Shown here: positions 24,769 to 35,266 of the stretch, one piece after another
How the letters are laid out: every line of letters starts with the position of its first letter
How positions within the stretch are numbered: position 1 is the first letter of the stretch
Assembly: GCA_965228475.1 (NCBI GenBank)
Contig: OZ245817.1
Span: 1,536,001 to 1,600,000 of the forward strand
Source: Myxococcota bacterium
Lineage (GTDB): Bacteria; Myxococcota_A; UBA9160; JAFDDA01
DNA length: 64,000 nt
Reading direction: 5' to 3'
Program-made: the position numbers and the translations under genes
The notes under the pieces: generated by a model
Told to the model about the DNA's origin: nothing
Seen by the model: the letters and a program-made list of their open reading frames with translations, nothing else
Databases searched by the model: none

Positions 24769-24820
24769 GCTGACATGGATGCCGCGGCGCGCTTCGGGGT
24801 TTCGGGGGCCGCCAGGCAAC

Positions 24821-25885
24821 CTAGCCGCGCAGCGCCTCGACGACCCGCAGGAAGTTCCCGCCCATGACCTTTCGCACCCGCTCGATCGACCAGCCCCGCC
24901 GCAGCATGTGGTCGACGAGCCGCGGGAGTTCGTAGGGCGTCACCAGATCCCGCGGCGGCGTGATCGCGCCGTCCCAGTCGCTGCCGAGCGCGGCGTGATC
25001 CTCGCCGACCGTTTCGACGATGTGCGCGATGTGGTCGACGACCCGCTCCGAGGTCACCTCGCCGCGTCCGAGGAAGCTCTGCTGGTACATGACGCCGATG
25101 GTGCCGCCGAGATCCGCGATGGCGCGCAGCTGCTCGTCGTCGAGGTTCCGCCAGTGGCGGTGGACGCCGCACACGCCGGTGTGGGTGACGAGCGCCGGCT
25201 GACTCGCGTCGTGGTGGGCGAGGGCGTCGAAGAACCCGGCCCGGTTGATGTGCGCCAGATCCAGGAAGATCTTGCGCTCGTTCAGCTTGCGGACGTATTC
25301 GCGGCCGAGGTTCGAGAGCCCCTCGTCCTTGCGCGAGCCCGCGGCCGGCGAGCTCGTCACGCCGAGGCTCGAGGTCGAGAGGTGGACGAGGGTGATGCGC
25401 AGGATCAGGCCGTCCGGGATGCGGTCGAGGTCCGCGAGATCCTGGTCGAGGGCGTTTCCGCCCTGGATGCCGAGGAAGGCGCCGTGCTTGCCGGCCGCGC
25501 GCGCGGCGCGGTACTCGGCGGTGTTGCGCACCACGGCGATGTCCGGAGCGCGCTCGAGGGTCCGCTTCAGCCGCTCGAGGTTCTTGAAGAAGGCGCCGGG
25601 CCGGCCGCCGCCGGGCCGGAACGGGTTCGTCGTGATGACCCAGGTGGCGCCGGTGACCTGGCCGTCGCGCATCCGGGGGATGTCGATCTGGCTGTAGAAG
25701 CGTCCGCCGAACAGGCCCGTGCCGTGCCGCCGGTGGAGGTCGTAGCCGAAGATCCGGTTCCAGATGAAGGTGTCGACGTGGCCGTCGAGGACGTCGCATT
25801 CCAGGTAGAGCTCGACGGCCTCCTTCGGGATGCCGAGGCGTCGCGCCCATTCGGCCGGGTCCGAGCGGTGATCTTCGAAGCGCAT
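24821..25885 (-). CDS. Membrane dipeptidase (M19) family
   Basis: DGHVD, DLAH, THTG, RNLDD, LGSDWDG. Confidence 0.85.
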   Translation of the reverse strand: MRFEDHRSDPAEWARRLGIPKEAVELYLECDVLDGHVDTFIWNRIFGYDLHRRHGTGLFGGRFYSQIDIPRMRDGQVTGATWVITTNPFRPGGGRPGAFFKNLERLKRTLERAPDIAVVRNTAEYRAARAAGKHGAFLGIQGGNALDQDLADLDRIPDGLILRITLVHLSTSSLGVTSSPAAGSRKDEGLSNLGREYVRKLNERKIFLDLAHINRAGFFDALAHHDASQPALVTHTGVCGVHRHWRNLDDEQLRAIADLGGTIGVMYQQSFLGRGEVTSERVVDHIAHIVETVGEDHAALGSDWDGAITPPRDLVTPYELPRLVDHMLRRGWSIERVRKVMGGNFLRVVEALRG

Positions 25886-25941
25886 CGCGCGAGCCTGACG
25901 GAGGCGCCGGGGCCGGTCAAGCGCCCGCGGCCCGAGCCGCG

Positions 25942-26424
25942 CTAGTTGAGGGCGTTGATGACGGCCATGGCCTCGGCCTGGGTCAGGTGGCTCTTCTTGG
26001 CGAGGCCGGCCATGCCCGGCGCCTTCTTGCCGTTCGAGAAGACGGGCAGCTGCGGCGCGGGCTGGAAGAGTTCGAGATCCCGGTCGTCCCAGCCGGCGGC
26101 GGTGAGGACGATGCCCGCGGCATCCGTGCCGGTCGCGACGATGCGGCCTTCCTTCACGGCGAACCCCATCGGCAGGTCGGCGACCAGCCGCTCGCGGGCC
26201 ACGGCGTCCCGCACGCTGGCGACGCTCTCGGGCGTGCGGACGAGGAACACGAGCACCGGCGGGCGGGCATCCGGCAGGGACAGGCGGGGCAGGGTGATCT
26301 CGGCCGGAGCTTCGAGGGAGCCGACCAGCGCCGCCGGCTCCCGGCCGGTCCGGTGGACGGTCTCCGAGAAGATCACCATCGAGACCACGAGGCACCCGAT
26401 CGAGAGATAGAACCAGCGCAGCAC
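25942..26424 (-). CDS. Hypothetical protein with N-terminal membrane anchor
   Basis: Fills the gap co-directionally; hydrophobic N-terminus; GCCGATAA upstream. Confidence 0.6.
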   Translation of the reverse strand: MLRWFYLSIGCLVVSMVIFSETVHRTGREPAALVGSLEAPAEITLPRLSLPDARPPVLVFLVRTPESVASVRDAVARERLVADLPMGFAVKEGRIVATGTDAAGIVLTAAGWDDRDLELFQPAPQLPVFSNGKKAPGMAGLAKKSHLTQAEAMAVINALN

Positions 26425-26448
26425 GCCGGCCTTATCGGCCGCCCGGGC

Positions 26449-27558
26449 CTAGAACTCCACCACCGTTCGGATCGACTCCCCGGCGTGCATCATCTCGAAG
26501 CCCTCGTTGATCTGCTCGAGGGGCAGCTTGTGGGTGATCAAGGGGTCGATCTCGATCTTTCCCTCCATGAACCAGTCGACGATCTTCGGCACCTGGGTCC
26601 GGCTGCGCGCCCCGCCGAAGGCCGTTCCCTTCCAGACGCGGCCGGTCACGAGCTGGAACGGGCGGGTCGCGATCTCCTCCCCGGCGCCCGCGACGCCGAC
26701 GATCACGCTCTCGCCCCAGCCCCGGTGACAGCACTCGAGCGCCTGGCGCATGGTGTCGACCCGGCCGATGCACTCGAAGCTGTAGTCCGCGCCGCCGCCG
26801 GTGAGGTCGACGAGGTGGGCGACGAGGTCGCCGCCGACCTCCTTCGGGTTCACGAAGTGGGTCATGCCGAAGCGCTCGGCGAGAGCGCGCTTCGAAGGGT
26901 TCGTGTCGAGGCCGACGATCTTGTCCGCCCCGGCCATGCGCGCGCCCTGGATCACGTTCAGGCCGATCCCGCCGAGCCCGAAGACGACGACGTTCGCGCC
27001 CGGCTCCACCTTCGCCGTGTTGATGACGGCGCCGATCCCCGTCGTCACGCCGCAGCCGATGTAACAGATCTTGTCGAAGGGAGCGTCCTCGCGGACCTTC
27101 GCCACGGCGATCTCCGGCAGCACCGTGTGGCTCGCGAAGGTCGACGTCCCCATGTAGTGGTGCAGCACGTCCTTGCCGAGGGAGAAGCGGCTCGTGCCGT
27201 CGGGCATGAGGCCCTGCCCCTGGGTCGCGCGGATCGCGATGCAGAGGTTCGTCTTCCCCGAGAGGCACGCCTTGCACTGGCGGCATTCCGGGATGTAGAG
27301 CGGGATCACGTGGTCGCCCGGCGCAACCGATTGCACGCCGGCGCCGACCTCGACGACCACCCCCGCGCCCTCGTGGCCCATGATTGCGGGGAAGAGGCCC
27401 TCGGGGTCCTTGCCCGAGAGCGTGAAGGCGTCCGTGTGGCAGAGCCCGGTGGCCTTCACTTCGACGAGCACCTCGCCGGCCTTCGGCCCCTCGAGCTGCA
27501 CGGTTTCGATGGCGAGAGGCTTGCCGGCCTCCCAGGCGACGGCGGCGCGCACGTCCAC
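26449..27558 (-). CDS. frmA: S-(hydroxymethyl)glutathione dehydrogenase / class III ADH
   Basis: GLCHTD, GHEGAG, CRQCKAC...NLC, TRPFQLVTGRVWKGTAFGG; GGAGG RBS. Confidence 0.95.
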   Translation of the reverse strand: MDVRAAVAWEAGKPLAIETVQLEGPKAGEVLVEVKATGLCHTDAFTLSGKDPEGLFPAIMGHEGAGVVVEVGAGVQSVAPGDHVIPLYIPECRQCKACLSGKTNLCIAIRATQGQGLMPDGTSRFSLGKDVLHHYMGTSTFASHTVLPEIAVAKVREDAPFDKICYIGCGVTTGIGAVINTAKVEPGANVVVFGLGGIGLNVIQGARMAGADKIVGLDTNPSKRALAERFGMTHFVNPKEVGGDLVAHLVDLTGGGADYSFECIGRVDTMRQALECCHRGWGESVIVGVAGAGEEIATRPFQLVTGRVWKGTAFGGARSRTQVPKIVDWFMEGKIEIDPLITHKLPLEQINEGFEMMHAGESIRTVVEF

Positions 27559-27623
27559 GGGTGTCCTCCTCGGGTGTGCGGCCGAGGGTAGCGTCCGGGG
27601 AAGGGCCCGCGCGGCCCGCGGGC

Positions 27624-28451
27624 TCAGAGGCCCCGGCGGAGGGCGCGCTCCGTGAAGCGCTCGTCGGGGACCGGCGTCGTGTAGTCGATCTTGCTGAAGT
27701 CGAGCGTGGTCGCGTGGCCGGTCTGGTGGTTCCGGGCCTCGAGCCGGTGCGGCGTCCAGACGCCGTCGACCTCGCGGACGTCGGAGACGAGCACGGTCTT
27801 GAGCTTCTTGCCCCGCTCGTCCCAGTACTCCGAGCGGCGCACGAGCCAGAGTTCTTCGTCCACCCAGGTGCGGACCCGGCCGTAGCCGAGCTCCCGGGCC
27901 ACGTCCTCGGAGACGGGGACGTGCTCCACCACGACGCACGGGTGGCCGTCCACCGGCTCCCGGGAAAGTGCCGTGTGGACGTAGTCTTCCGCGCCGAGCT
28001 TCGTTTCCTTCTTCAGGTCTTCGTAGCTGAAGTCGGTGCCGAGGAAGGCGCCGCCGCGGTCGGCCCCGGCGATGCGGCGCGACTTCCGGAGGGCCGGCAG
28101 GTAGAGCCACTGGTCGTCGTCGCGGCCGGCCTCGGGGTAGTCGTAGGTGAGGAGAGCGGTGTCCTTCACGTTCTTCGGCGCGGTGTAGACGAGGACGCTC
28201 CGCCGCTCGCCCGGGAAGTCCTTGCGGAAGCTCCGGGTCTCGCGCGTGCGGACGTTCCCCCGCTTGTCCGTGAGGGTCATGGTGAGCGTGCGCGTGACCC
28301 GGGCGCCGTCGTCGCGGGCGTTCACCCGGGCCACGACGGCGTCGCCCGTCGGCAGCTCGGCCGCCGCATCGAGGGCGTCGGCGCTCACGCCGCGCGCGGA
28401 GAGGCTCGGCACCGTCAGGCTCAACAGCAGCAGGAGCGAGGCTCGCTTCAC
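27624..28451 (-). CDS. LolA-like outer membrane lipoprotein-sorting protein
   Basis: [37 protein letters not shown]; signal peptide. Confidence 0.85.
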   Translation of the reverse strand: MKRASLLLLLSLTVPSLSARGVSADALDAAAELPTGDAVVARVNARDDGARVTRTLTMTLTDKRGNVRTRETRSFRKDFPGERRSVLVYTAPKNVKDTALLTYDYPEAGRDDDQWLYLPALRKSRRIAGADRGGAFLGTDFSYEDLKKETKLGAEDYVHTALSREPVDGHPCVVVEHVPVSEDVARELGYGRVRTWVDEELWLVRRSEYWDERGKKLKTVLVSDVREVDGVWTPHRLEARNHQTGHATTLDFSKIDYTTPVPDERFTERALRRGL

Positions 28452-28545
28452 TTCAGAAAGTCTCCCTAAGTCCGCAGGATCCCATCGATTCTTGCCGGCT
28501 CGCGGAGGATGCCCCAAGATCCGATACGAAGCAGGGGGGATTCCG

Positions 28546-29490
28546 ATGGCGAGAGCCCGTTTTCCGCAATCCGAGCGGCCGCGCGAGCGAAAGCCGCCCT
28601 GGCTGCGCGTGCGGCTTTCCCCCTCGCCCGTCTTCGACGAGACGCGGGCCATCGTGAAGAGCCATGGCCTCCACACCGTGTGCGAGGAGGCCAACTGCCC
28701 GAACGTCCGCGAGTGCTGGGCGAAGCGCCACGCCACCATGATGATCCTGGGCGACGTCTGCACGCGCACCTGCTCCTTCTGCAACGTCGCCACGGGGCGG
28801 CCGCGCACCGTCGATGCCCGCGAGCCCGAGCGCCTGGCCGACGCCGTCGCCGAACTCGGCCTCCACCACGTCGTCGTCACCTCCGTCGACCGCGACGATC
28901 TCCCGGACGGCGGCGCAGGGCACTTCGCCCGCTGCATCGAGCAGATCCGCGAGAAGACGCCGAGCACGACCGTCGAGGTGCTGACGCCGGACTTCCTGCG
29001 CAAGGAGGGGGCCCTCGAAACCGTCGTCGCCGCGCGCCCCGACGTCTACAACCACAACATCGAGACCGTCCCGCGGCTCTACCACACCGTGCGGCCGGCG
29101 GCGGACTACCGCCATTCGATCCGCTTGCTCGAGCGCGTCCGCGAGCTCGACCCGGCGATCTTCACCAAGTCCGGCCTGATGGTCGGCCTCGGCGAGAAGC
29201 CCGACGAGGTCCTCGCCCTGATGGACGACCTGCGCGGTGCGGACGTCGACTTCCTCACGATCGGCCAATACCTGCAACCCACCCTCCGCCACATCGCCGT
29301 GGACCGATATGTGACGCCGGAGGAGTTCGCGGGATTCAAGCGCGCCGGCGAGGATCGGTGCTTCCTGCTCGTGGCGTCCTCGCCCCTGACGCGCTCCTCG
29401 CACCACGCCGGCGAGGACTTCGAGCGGCTGCGTGCGGCGCGGGAGGCCCGGCTCGCGAGGAGCGGAGGAGGGGCGCCCGCGAGCGCCTAG
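28546..29490 (+). CDS. lipA: Lipoyl synthase
   Basis: [32 protein letters not shown]. Confidence 0.96.
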   Translation: MARARFPQSERPRERKPPWLRVRLSPSPVFDETRAIVKSHGLHTVCEEANCPNVRECWAKRHATMMILGDVCTRTCSFCNVATGRPRTVDAREPERLADAVAELGLHHVVVTSVDRDDLPDGGAGHFARCIEQIREKTPSTTVEVLTPDFLRKEGALETVVAARPDVYNHNIETVPRLYHTVRPAADYRHSIRLLERVRELDPAIFTKSGLMVGLGEKPDEVLALMDDLRGADVDFLTIGQYLQPTLRHIAVDRYVTPEEFAGFKRAGEDRCFLLVASSPLTRSSHHAGEDFERLRAAREARLARSGGGAPASA

Positions 29491-29918
29491 CGGGGCCCGG
29501 TGAGCCCGAGGATGAGCTCCCGGACCTTCGGGAGCACCGCCGCGAAGACCAGCCAGAACGGGGCGTAGAGCAGGGTGATGTGGCCGTTCGAGAAGTCGCT
29601 GGCCCAGCCGTGCTCGTAGCGCCAGGGCCAGAGTCCGGCCGTCGCGTAGGCGGCGCCGAAGGCCCACTCGATCGCGTAGATCGCGACCACCGTGAGGGGG
29701 AGCCGCACCGCGGCGCCGTCGAACCCCAGGCGCTTCAGCAGGGCGAGCCCCGGCCCGAGAACCGCCCAGGCGAGGGCGTAGACCGGGATCATCAGGAGCG
29801 AGACCTCGCCGCGGAAGTTCCCGCCGAAGCCCGCCGAGACGCCGGTGAAGACGATTTCGGTGCAGAGCCCGAAGGCGATGAAGAGGACCGTTCGCGTGAG
29901 GGCCGTGCCGGGCTTCAA
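29487..29918 (-). CDS. Small membrane protein, CmpB/TMEM229-like
   Basis: 4 [39 protein letters not shown] overlap with GGCT stop. Confidence 0.6.
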   Translation of the reverse strand: MKPGTALTRTVLFIAFGLCTEIVFTGVSAGFGGNFRGEVSLLMIPVYALAWAVLGPGLALLKRLGFDGAAVRLPLTVVAIYAIEWAFGAAYATAGLWPWRYEHGWASDFSNGHITLLYAPFWLVFAAVLPKVRELILGLTGPR

Positions 29919-30367
29919 AGGGGCTCCTTGCCGGGCTGGGTCGCATGGCCCGCCAGGTGGGCGACGTACTCGCTCGGGAGGGCGGCGTCGCGGGCGCCGC
30001 GCAGGATGTGCTCGAGGTACCAATCGTAGGGCAGGGCGCCCTCGAGCAACCGACGGGAGACGTAGGTCTCCGCCCGGACGCGGCCGTCGGCCCGCTCGAC
30101 CGTGACGGCCTCGCGTTCATAGCCGCCTTCGTAGCGGTCGAGCTCCCCGACCTCCGCGAGCGAGAGTTCCCAGAGCACGCCGAAGACCTCGCCCGTGGGG
30201 TCCGGCGCGAGGTTCGCCTTGGCGGAGCCGTCGCGGCCGCGCTTGTCCATCCGGAACGCGTAGCCGGGCAGGCGGCCCGTTCCGCGCACCGCCGCTCCGG
30301 GCACGCGCAGCCGCATGCGCTCCGCGTGCATGTTCGAGCCGTAAGCGAAGATCAGGGTTCGGGACAT
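29915..30367 (-). CDS. Gamma-glutamylcyclotransferase family protein
   Basis: IFAYGSNM, VFGVLWEL, LDRYEGGY. Confidence 0.88.
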   Translation of the reverse strand: MSRTLIFAYGSNMHAERMRLRVPGAAVRGTGRLPGYAFRMDKRGRDGSAKANLAPDPTGEVFGVLWELSLAEVGELDRYEGGYEREAVTVERADGRVRAETYVSRRLLEGALPYDWYLEHILRGARDAALPSEYVAHLAGHATQPGKEPL

Positions 30368-30412
30368 CGGATCGTGCGCGAGGGTACCCGCCCGCGCAGG
30401 CCGATGCGCCCC

Positions 30413-30438
30413 TACAGCGCCCGCGCGGCTTCGCCGAT
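30413..30438 (+). promoter_or_regulatory. sigma28-like promoter TACAG-N15-GCCGAT
   Basis: 10 nt upstream of ATG 30449. Confidence 0.55.
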
Positions 30439-30448
30439 TTCACCCGGG

Positions 30449-31389
30449 ATGTGGCTCGACCTCGCAGCCCTCGGGATCCTGCTCGCCGCCGCCTTCGTGG
30501 GGATGGTGCGGGGCACCCTCGTCTCGACGGTCCGGCTGGCCGGTGCGGTCGGGTCCTACGTCGGCGCGTGGTGGCTCGCGCCGCGGGTCGCCCCGTGGGT
30601 CGAGGCGCAGTTCCAGGTCGGGGGGACCTTCTCCGTCGTCGCCGGCGGGTTCGCCTCCTTCGTCGTGCTCCTCATCGGGGTCGAGGGGCTGAGTCAGCTC
30701 GTCCGGATCCTGGACCACCGCTGGCGGGACGGCGCGGAGCGGAGCCTGGCCGACCGCCTCGGCGGCGCGGGCGCCTCCCTCGTCGCCGGTTTCGCCTTCG
30801 CCGTTCTCGTGGCCTGGCTCGCCTTTGCCGTGGATGCCCTGCGCGCCAGGGCAACGAAGCCCTGCCCTCGACCGAAGGCTCCCGCTTCGCGCCGGTGGCC
30901 CGCACCGTGATCCGAGGGTTCGGGGAGTGGATGCTCGGCGATCGCGGGCCGAGCGGGACCGCCGTGGCCCGGGCCGCGAGCGACCCCGTCGAAACCATGG
31001 AGCGCGTCGAGCGGCTCTTCGCGAACCCGCACCTCGTCGATCTGAAGGACGACGACCGGTTCTGGATGCGCGTCGAGGCCGGCGAGTACGAGCACGCCGT
31101 CAGCCGCGCGAGCTTCCTGGCCCTCGCCTACGACGGCTCGACCCGCCGCGAGTTCGCCGCGCTCGGGCTCGTCGACGAAGAGGCCGCCCGGAGCTCCGCC
31201 GCCTTCCGCGACGCTTCGGTCGAGGCCCTGGCCGCCGTCGCGCCGCGTCTCCAGGCGATCCGAGAGGATCCGGCGCTCGCGCGCCTCGCCGAGGATCCCG
31301 AAGTCCGCACCCTCGTCGACTCCGGCGACACCCTGGCCCTGCTGCGCCACCCCGACGTCCGCGACCTCCTCTCCCGCGCCCTGCACTGA
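30449..31389 (+). pseudogene. CvpA-family membrane protein split by a 1-nt frameshift near 30847
   Basis: MWLDLAALGILL...GMVRG...DRLGGA in one frame; the protein-like continuation QGNEALPSTEGSRFAP... is in the -1 frame; GCCAGG lacks one C of GCC CAG. Confidence 0.75.
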
Positions 31390-31403
31390 CCGGGGAGGCG
31401 GTC

Positions 31404-32609
31404 CTAACGCCCCTCGGGTTTCAGCGCCGAGTTCGCGCGGAGGTGGCGGACCGCGTCCGCGTAGTCCTGGCGCTCGCGCTCGAGGTAGTCGCCGACGGCT
31501 CCGGCGAGGCGGGGGTCCGCGAGCCAGTGGGCCGAGAGGGTGGGCGTCGCGTCGAAGCCTCGCAGCTGCTTGTAGTCGCCCCCGGCGCCAGGCTCGAAGC
31601 GGCCGATGCCCGCCTCGATGCAGTGCCGGATCGCCTCGTAGTAGCAGACGGTGAAGTGCAGGTAGCGGACGTCGCGCAGGCAGCCCCAGTAGCGGCCGTA
31701 GAGGGCATCCCCCTCCTGCACGTTCAGCGTGCCGGCGATCGGTTCGTCGCCCGCGAGGGCGACCACGAAGCACAGGCGATCGCGGAAGCGCGCCCGCAGG
31801 GCGTCGAAGAACTCGCGGTTCAGGTAGCGCCGCCCGTAGTAGTGGCGGTCGACGTTCGTCCGGTAGAACTCGAACATCACGTCGAACCAGGCCTCCGGGA
31901 TGGCGTCGCCCACGGCCGTCTCCACCCGCACGCCGGCCTCCGCGACGCCGCGCAGCTCGCGCCGGATCTGGTTGCGCCGCTTGCTGCGGAAGCGCGCGAG
32001 GTAGTCCTCGAAGTCGCGGTAGCCCTCGTTCGTCCAGTGGTACTGCATGCCGACCCGGGGCATGAAGCCGGCCTTCTGGAGGACGCCGAGCTCGTCCGGC
32101 CGGCAGAAGTTGACGTGCACCCCCGAGAAGTCGTTCTCGGTGCAGAGCTCGACCAGCCCGGCGGCGAGGGCGCCGACCCAGCCCTTCCGCTCCTTGCGCG
32201 GGAGCCCCGGGCGCGTGAGGAAGCGGCCCCCGGTGACCGGCGTGAAGGGCGCCCCGACGAGGAGCTTCGGGTAGTACCGGATCCCGGCGCGCTCGGCGGC
32301 GTCCGCCCAGCCCCAATCGAAGACGAACTCGCCTTCGCTGTGCCCCTTCAGGTAGAGCGGACAGGCCGCGACGACCTCGCCCGCGTCGTCGGTCGCCACG
32401 AGGGGGCGCGGCAGCCAACCCGTGCGCTCGCCCACGCAGCCCGTCTCCTCGAGGGCCGCGAGGAAGTCCCAGGCCAGAAACGGCGACGCGCCCTCGGCGA
32501 GTGCGTCCCAATCCTCCTTGCGAACACCGGCGACGCCTTCGTGGACGCGCAGGGTGCCGCCTTCATGGGCGCGGAGCGTGACGCCTTCGTGGGCGCGAGC
32601 CTCGGACAT
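31404..32609 (-). CDS. FemAB-like GNAT protein (DUF482 family)
   Basis: PLYLKGHSEGEFVFDWGWA, YYPKLLVGAPFTPVTG, LYGRYWG, CYYEAI, FEPGAGG. Confidence 0.9.
   Translation of the reverse strand: MSEARAHEGVTLRAHEGGTLRVHEGVAGVRKEDWDALAEGASPFLAWDFLAALEETGCVGERTGWLPRPLVATDDAGEVVAACPLYLKGHSEGEFVFDWGWADAAERAGIRYYPKLLVGAPFTPVTGGRFLTRPGLPRKERKGWVGALAAGLVELCTENDFSGVHVNFCRPDELGVLQKAGFMPRVGMQYHWTNEGYRDFEDYLARFRSKRRNQIRRELRGVAEAGVRVETAVGDAIPEAWFDVMFEFYRTNVDRHYYGRRYLNREFFDALRARFRDRLCFVVALAGDEPIAGTLNVQEGDALYGRYWGCLRDVRYLHFTVCYYEAIRHCIEAGIGRFEPGAGGDYKQLRGFDATPTLSAHWLADPRLAGAVGDYLERERQDYADAVRHLRANSALKPEGR
32533..32597 (-). repeat. ~2.7 x 24-bp in-frame tandem repeat (RAHEGVTL/RAHEGGTL/RVHEGV)
   Basis: Units start at 32533, 32557 and 32581. 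Confidence 0.85.
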
Positions 32610-32653
32610 CTGCGCAGGCTAGCAGGCAGAAACCCCTGACCTATGCTCCCCCC

Positions 32654-33010
32654 ATGCCGAGCTGGTTCGCGGCGGAGGGCCCCAAGAAGCCGGAATCCGA
32701 CTGGGGAGACCCGGGGCGCGAGCGGGGCGTCGCGACGGAGACGCGGCCGAAGACCCGCCGCCCTCCGAAGTTCAAGGTCGTGCTCTACAACGACGATTAC
32801 ACGCCCATGGAGTTCGTGGTGCGCGTTCTCGAGCAGATCTTCCAGAAGAGCCCGGCCGAAGCGACCCAGCTGATGCTCCAGATCCACAAGAGTGGCTTCG
32901 GCATCGCAGGGGTCTACGTTCTGGAGGTCGCCGAGACCAAGGTGGCGATGGTGCACCAGGCAGCCGAGCACAGCGGCTATCCGCTGCGCGCGGGCGTGGA
33001 AGAGGAGTAA
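32654..33010 (+). CDS. clpS: ATP-dependent Clp protease adaptor ClpS
   Basis: PPKFKVVLYNDDYTPMEFVV, MLQIHKSG, VAETKV, YPLR. Confidence 0.96.
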   Translation: MPSWFAAEGPKKPESDWGDPGRERGVATETRPKTRRPPKFKVVLYNDDYTPMEFVVRVLEQIFQKSPAEATQLMLQIHKSGFGIAGVYVLEVAETKVAMVHQAAEHSGYPLRAGVEEE

Positions 33011-33019
33011 GACACGGCG

Positions 33020-35266
33020 ATGGCGAGCATGGGACGGGAGCTGCAGCTGACCCTCCAGGCCGCATTGCGGGAGGCCGCGGTGCGCCGCCACGCCTTCGCG
33101 ACGGTCGAGCACCTGCTCTACGCCGTGCTCCACGACGACCGCGGCGCCCAGATCCTGCGCTCCTGCGGCGCGGACATCGCCGCCCTCAAGCAGGAGCTCC
33201 AGCGTTACTTCGCCGAGGACCTCGAGGTCGATACCGAGAGCGCCACCGGCGAGACCCGCCAGACCCTGGCCTTCCATCGGGTGGTGCAGAGCGCGATCGA
33301 ACACGTCGCGAGCGCCGAGAAGGAGGAGGCCGAGGTCGACGATCTCGTGGCCGCGATCTTCCAGGAGCCCGACTCGCATGCGGTCGGCCTCCTGCGCAAC
33401 CAGGGCGTCTCGCGCCTCGACGTCCTGAAGTTCATCTCCCACGGCATCGCCAAGGTGCCGGGGCGCTCGGAGGGCGCCGAACCCAGCGGCGCGCCCACGG
33501 GCGACCCCTTCGACGAGGAGGGAGAAGAGGGCGTCGACCCGCTCGAGGCCTTCGCGACGAACCTCACCGAGCGCGCGAGCGAGGGCAAGATCGATCCGCT
33601 CGTCGGCCGCGAAGCGGAGCTCGAGCGCATCATCCACGTCCTGGCGCGGCGCCGGAAGAACAACCCGATCCTGGTCGGCGAGACCGGCGTCGGGAAGACG
33701 GCGCTCGCCGAGGGCCTGGCGCTGCGCGTGCACGAGGGCCGCGTCCCGGCCGACATGCAGACCGCCGAGATCTTCTCCCTCGACGTCGGAGCCCTGGTCG
33801 CGGGGACGCGCTACCGCGGCGACTTCGAGGCCCGCTTCAAGGCGCTCATCGCGGCGGTGCTCGAGCGCGAGAATCCGATCGTCTTCATCGACGAGATCCA
33901 CTCGATCCTCGGCGCGGGCGCGGCCCAGGGCGGCGCCGTCGACGCCTCGAGCATGCTGAAGCCGATGCTCGCCTCGGGCGAGCTGCGCTGCATGGGCAGC
34001 ACGACCTACGCCGAGTACCGGCACTTCGAGCGCGACCGCGCGCTCTCGCGGCGCTTCCAGCGTATCGACGTCCACGAGCCGAGCGTCGAGGAGAGCATCG
34101 AGATCCTGAAGGGGATCGCCTCGAAGTACGAAGAGCACCACGGCGTGAAGTTCACGAAGCCCGCCCTCGAAGCCGCCGTGCGGCTCTCCGAGAAACACCT
34201 CCAGGACCGCTTCCTCCCGGACAAGGCCATCGACGTGATGGACGAGGCGGGTGCCGCGATGCGCCTGAAGCCCGGGAAGAAGCGCAAGAGCGTCGGCGTT
34301 CCGGACATGGAGAAGACGGTCGCGCGCATTGCCGGCGTCCCCGTGGCCCAGGTCTCGACCCAGGACCGGGTCCGCCTCGAGAACCTCGAGGCCGACCTCA
34401 TGAAGGTCGTCTTCGGCCAGGACGACGCGATCCGGACCGTGACCCGGGCCGTGAAGCGCGCGCGCGCCGGGCTCGGGAATCCGGATCACCCGATCGGAAA
34501 GTTCCTCTTCACCGGCCCGACGGGCGTCGGCAAGACGGAGCTCGCGCGGCAGCTCGCCGAGACCCTGGGCGTCCCCTTCCAGCGCTTCGACATGAGCGAG
34601 TACAGCGAGCGGCACTCCGTGGCGCGGCTGATCGGCGCGCCTCCGGGTTACGTCGGCTACGACCAGGGCGGGCAGCTCGTCGAAGGGATCCGCAAGAACC
34701 CCTACACGGTGCTCCTGCTCGACGAGATCGAGAAGGCCCACCCCGAAGTCTTCGACGTGCTGCTCCAGGTGATGGACCACGCGACGCTCACGGACAACAT
34801 GGGGCGCAAGGCGGACTTCCGCCACGTCACCCTGATCATGACCTCCAACGTCGGCGCGCGGGACGCTTCGCGCCGGGCGATCGGCTTCTCCGGGGGCCGC
34901 AAGGGCGGCGAGGACGTGGCCATCGAGCGCATGTTCAGCCCCGAGTTCCGCAACCGGCTCGACGCCGTCGTGCAGTTCGCGCCGCTCACGCCCGAGGTCA
35001 TGGGCCACGTCGTCGACAAGTTCGTGAAGCTCGTGGAGGCGCGGCTCGCGGAGAAGGGCATCACCCTCGAGCTCACTGCCGAGGCGCGCGCCTGGCTCGC
35101 GGAGAAGGGCTACGACCCGGACTTCGGCGCCCGCCCCCTCGACCGCGTCATCCAGAACGAGCTCGAGGACCGCCTCGCGGACGAAGTCCTCTTCGGCGAC
35201 CTCGGCAAGGGCGGCACCGTCACCGTCGACCGCGGCGAGGACAGGCTGGTCTTCCGCTTGAGCTAG
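33020..35266 (+). CDS. clpA: ATP-dependent Clp protease ATP-binding subunit ClpA
   Basis: Two AAA modules (GETGVGKT, GPTGVGKT), RFDMSEY, GAPPGYVGY; follows clpS. Confidence 0.96.
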   Translation: MASMGRELQLTLQAALREAAVRRHAFATVEHLLYAVLHDDRGAQILRSCGADIAALKQELQRYFAEDLEVDTESATGETRQTLAFHRVVQSAIEHVASAEKEEAEVDDLVAAIFQEPDSHAVGLLRNQGVSRLDVLKFISHGIAKVPGRSEGAEPSGAPTGDPFDEEGEEGVDPLEAFATNLTERASEGKIDPLVGREAELERIIHVLARRRKNNPILVGETGVGKTALAEGLALRVHEGRVPADMQTAEIFSLDVGALVAGTRYRGDFEARFKALIAAVLERENPIVFIDEIHSILGAGAAQGGAVDASSMLKPMLASGELRCMGSTTYAEYRHFERDRALSRRFQRIDVHEPSVEESIEILKGIASKYEEHHGVKFTKPALEAAVRLSEKHLQDRFLPDKAIDVMDEAGAAMRLKPGKKRKSVGVPDMEKTVARIAGVPVAQVSTQDRVRLENLEADLMKVVFGQDDAIRTVTRAVKRARAGLGNPDHPIGKFLFTGPTGVGKTELARQLAETLGVPFQRFDMSEYSERHSVARLIGAPPGYVGYDQGGQLVEGIRKNPYTVLLLDEIEKAHPEVFDVLLQVMDHATLTDNMGRKADFRHVTLIMTSNVGARDASRRAIGFSGGRKGGEDVAIERMFSPEFRNRLDAVVQFAPLTPEVMGHVVDKFVKLVEARLAEKGITLELTAEARAWLAEKGYDPDFGARPLDRVIQNELEDRLADEVLFGDLGKGGTVTVDRGEDRLVFRLS

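Noticed and set aside
30840..30860. Programmed ribosomal frameshift in the cvpA-like gene
   Set aside because: No slippery sequence; a simple 1-nt deletion explains it
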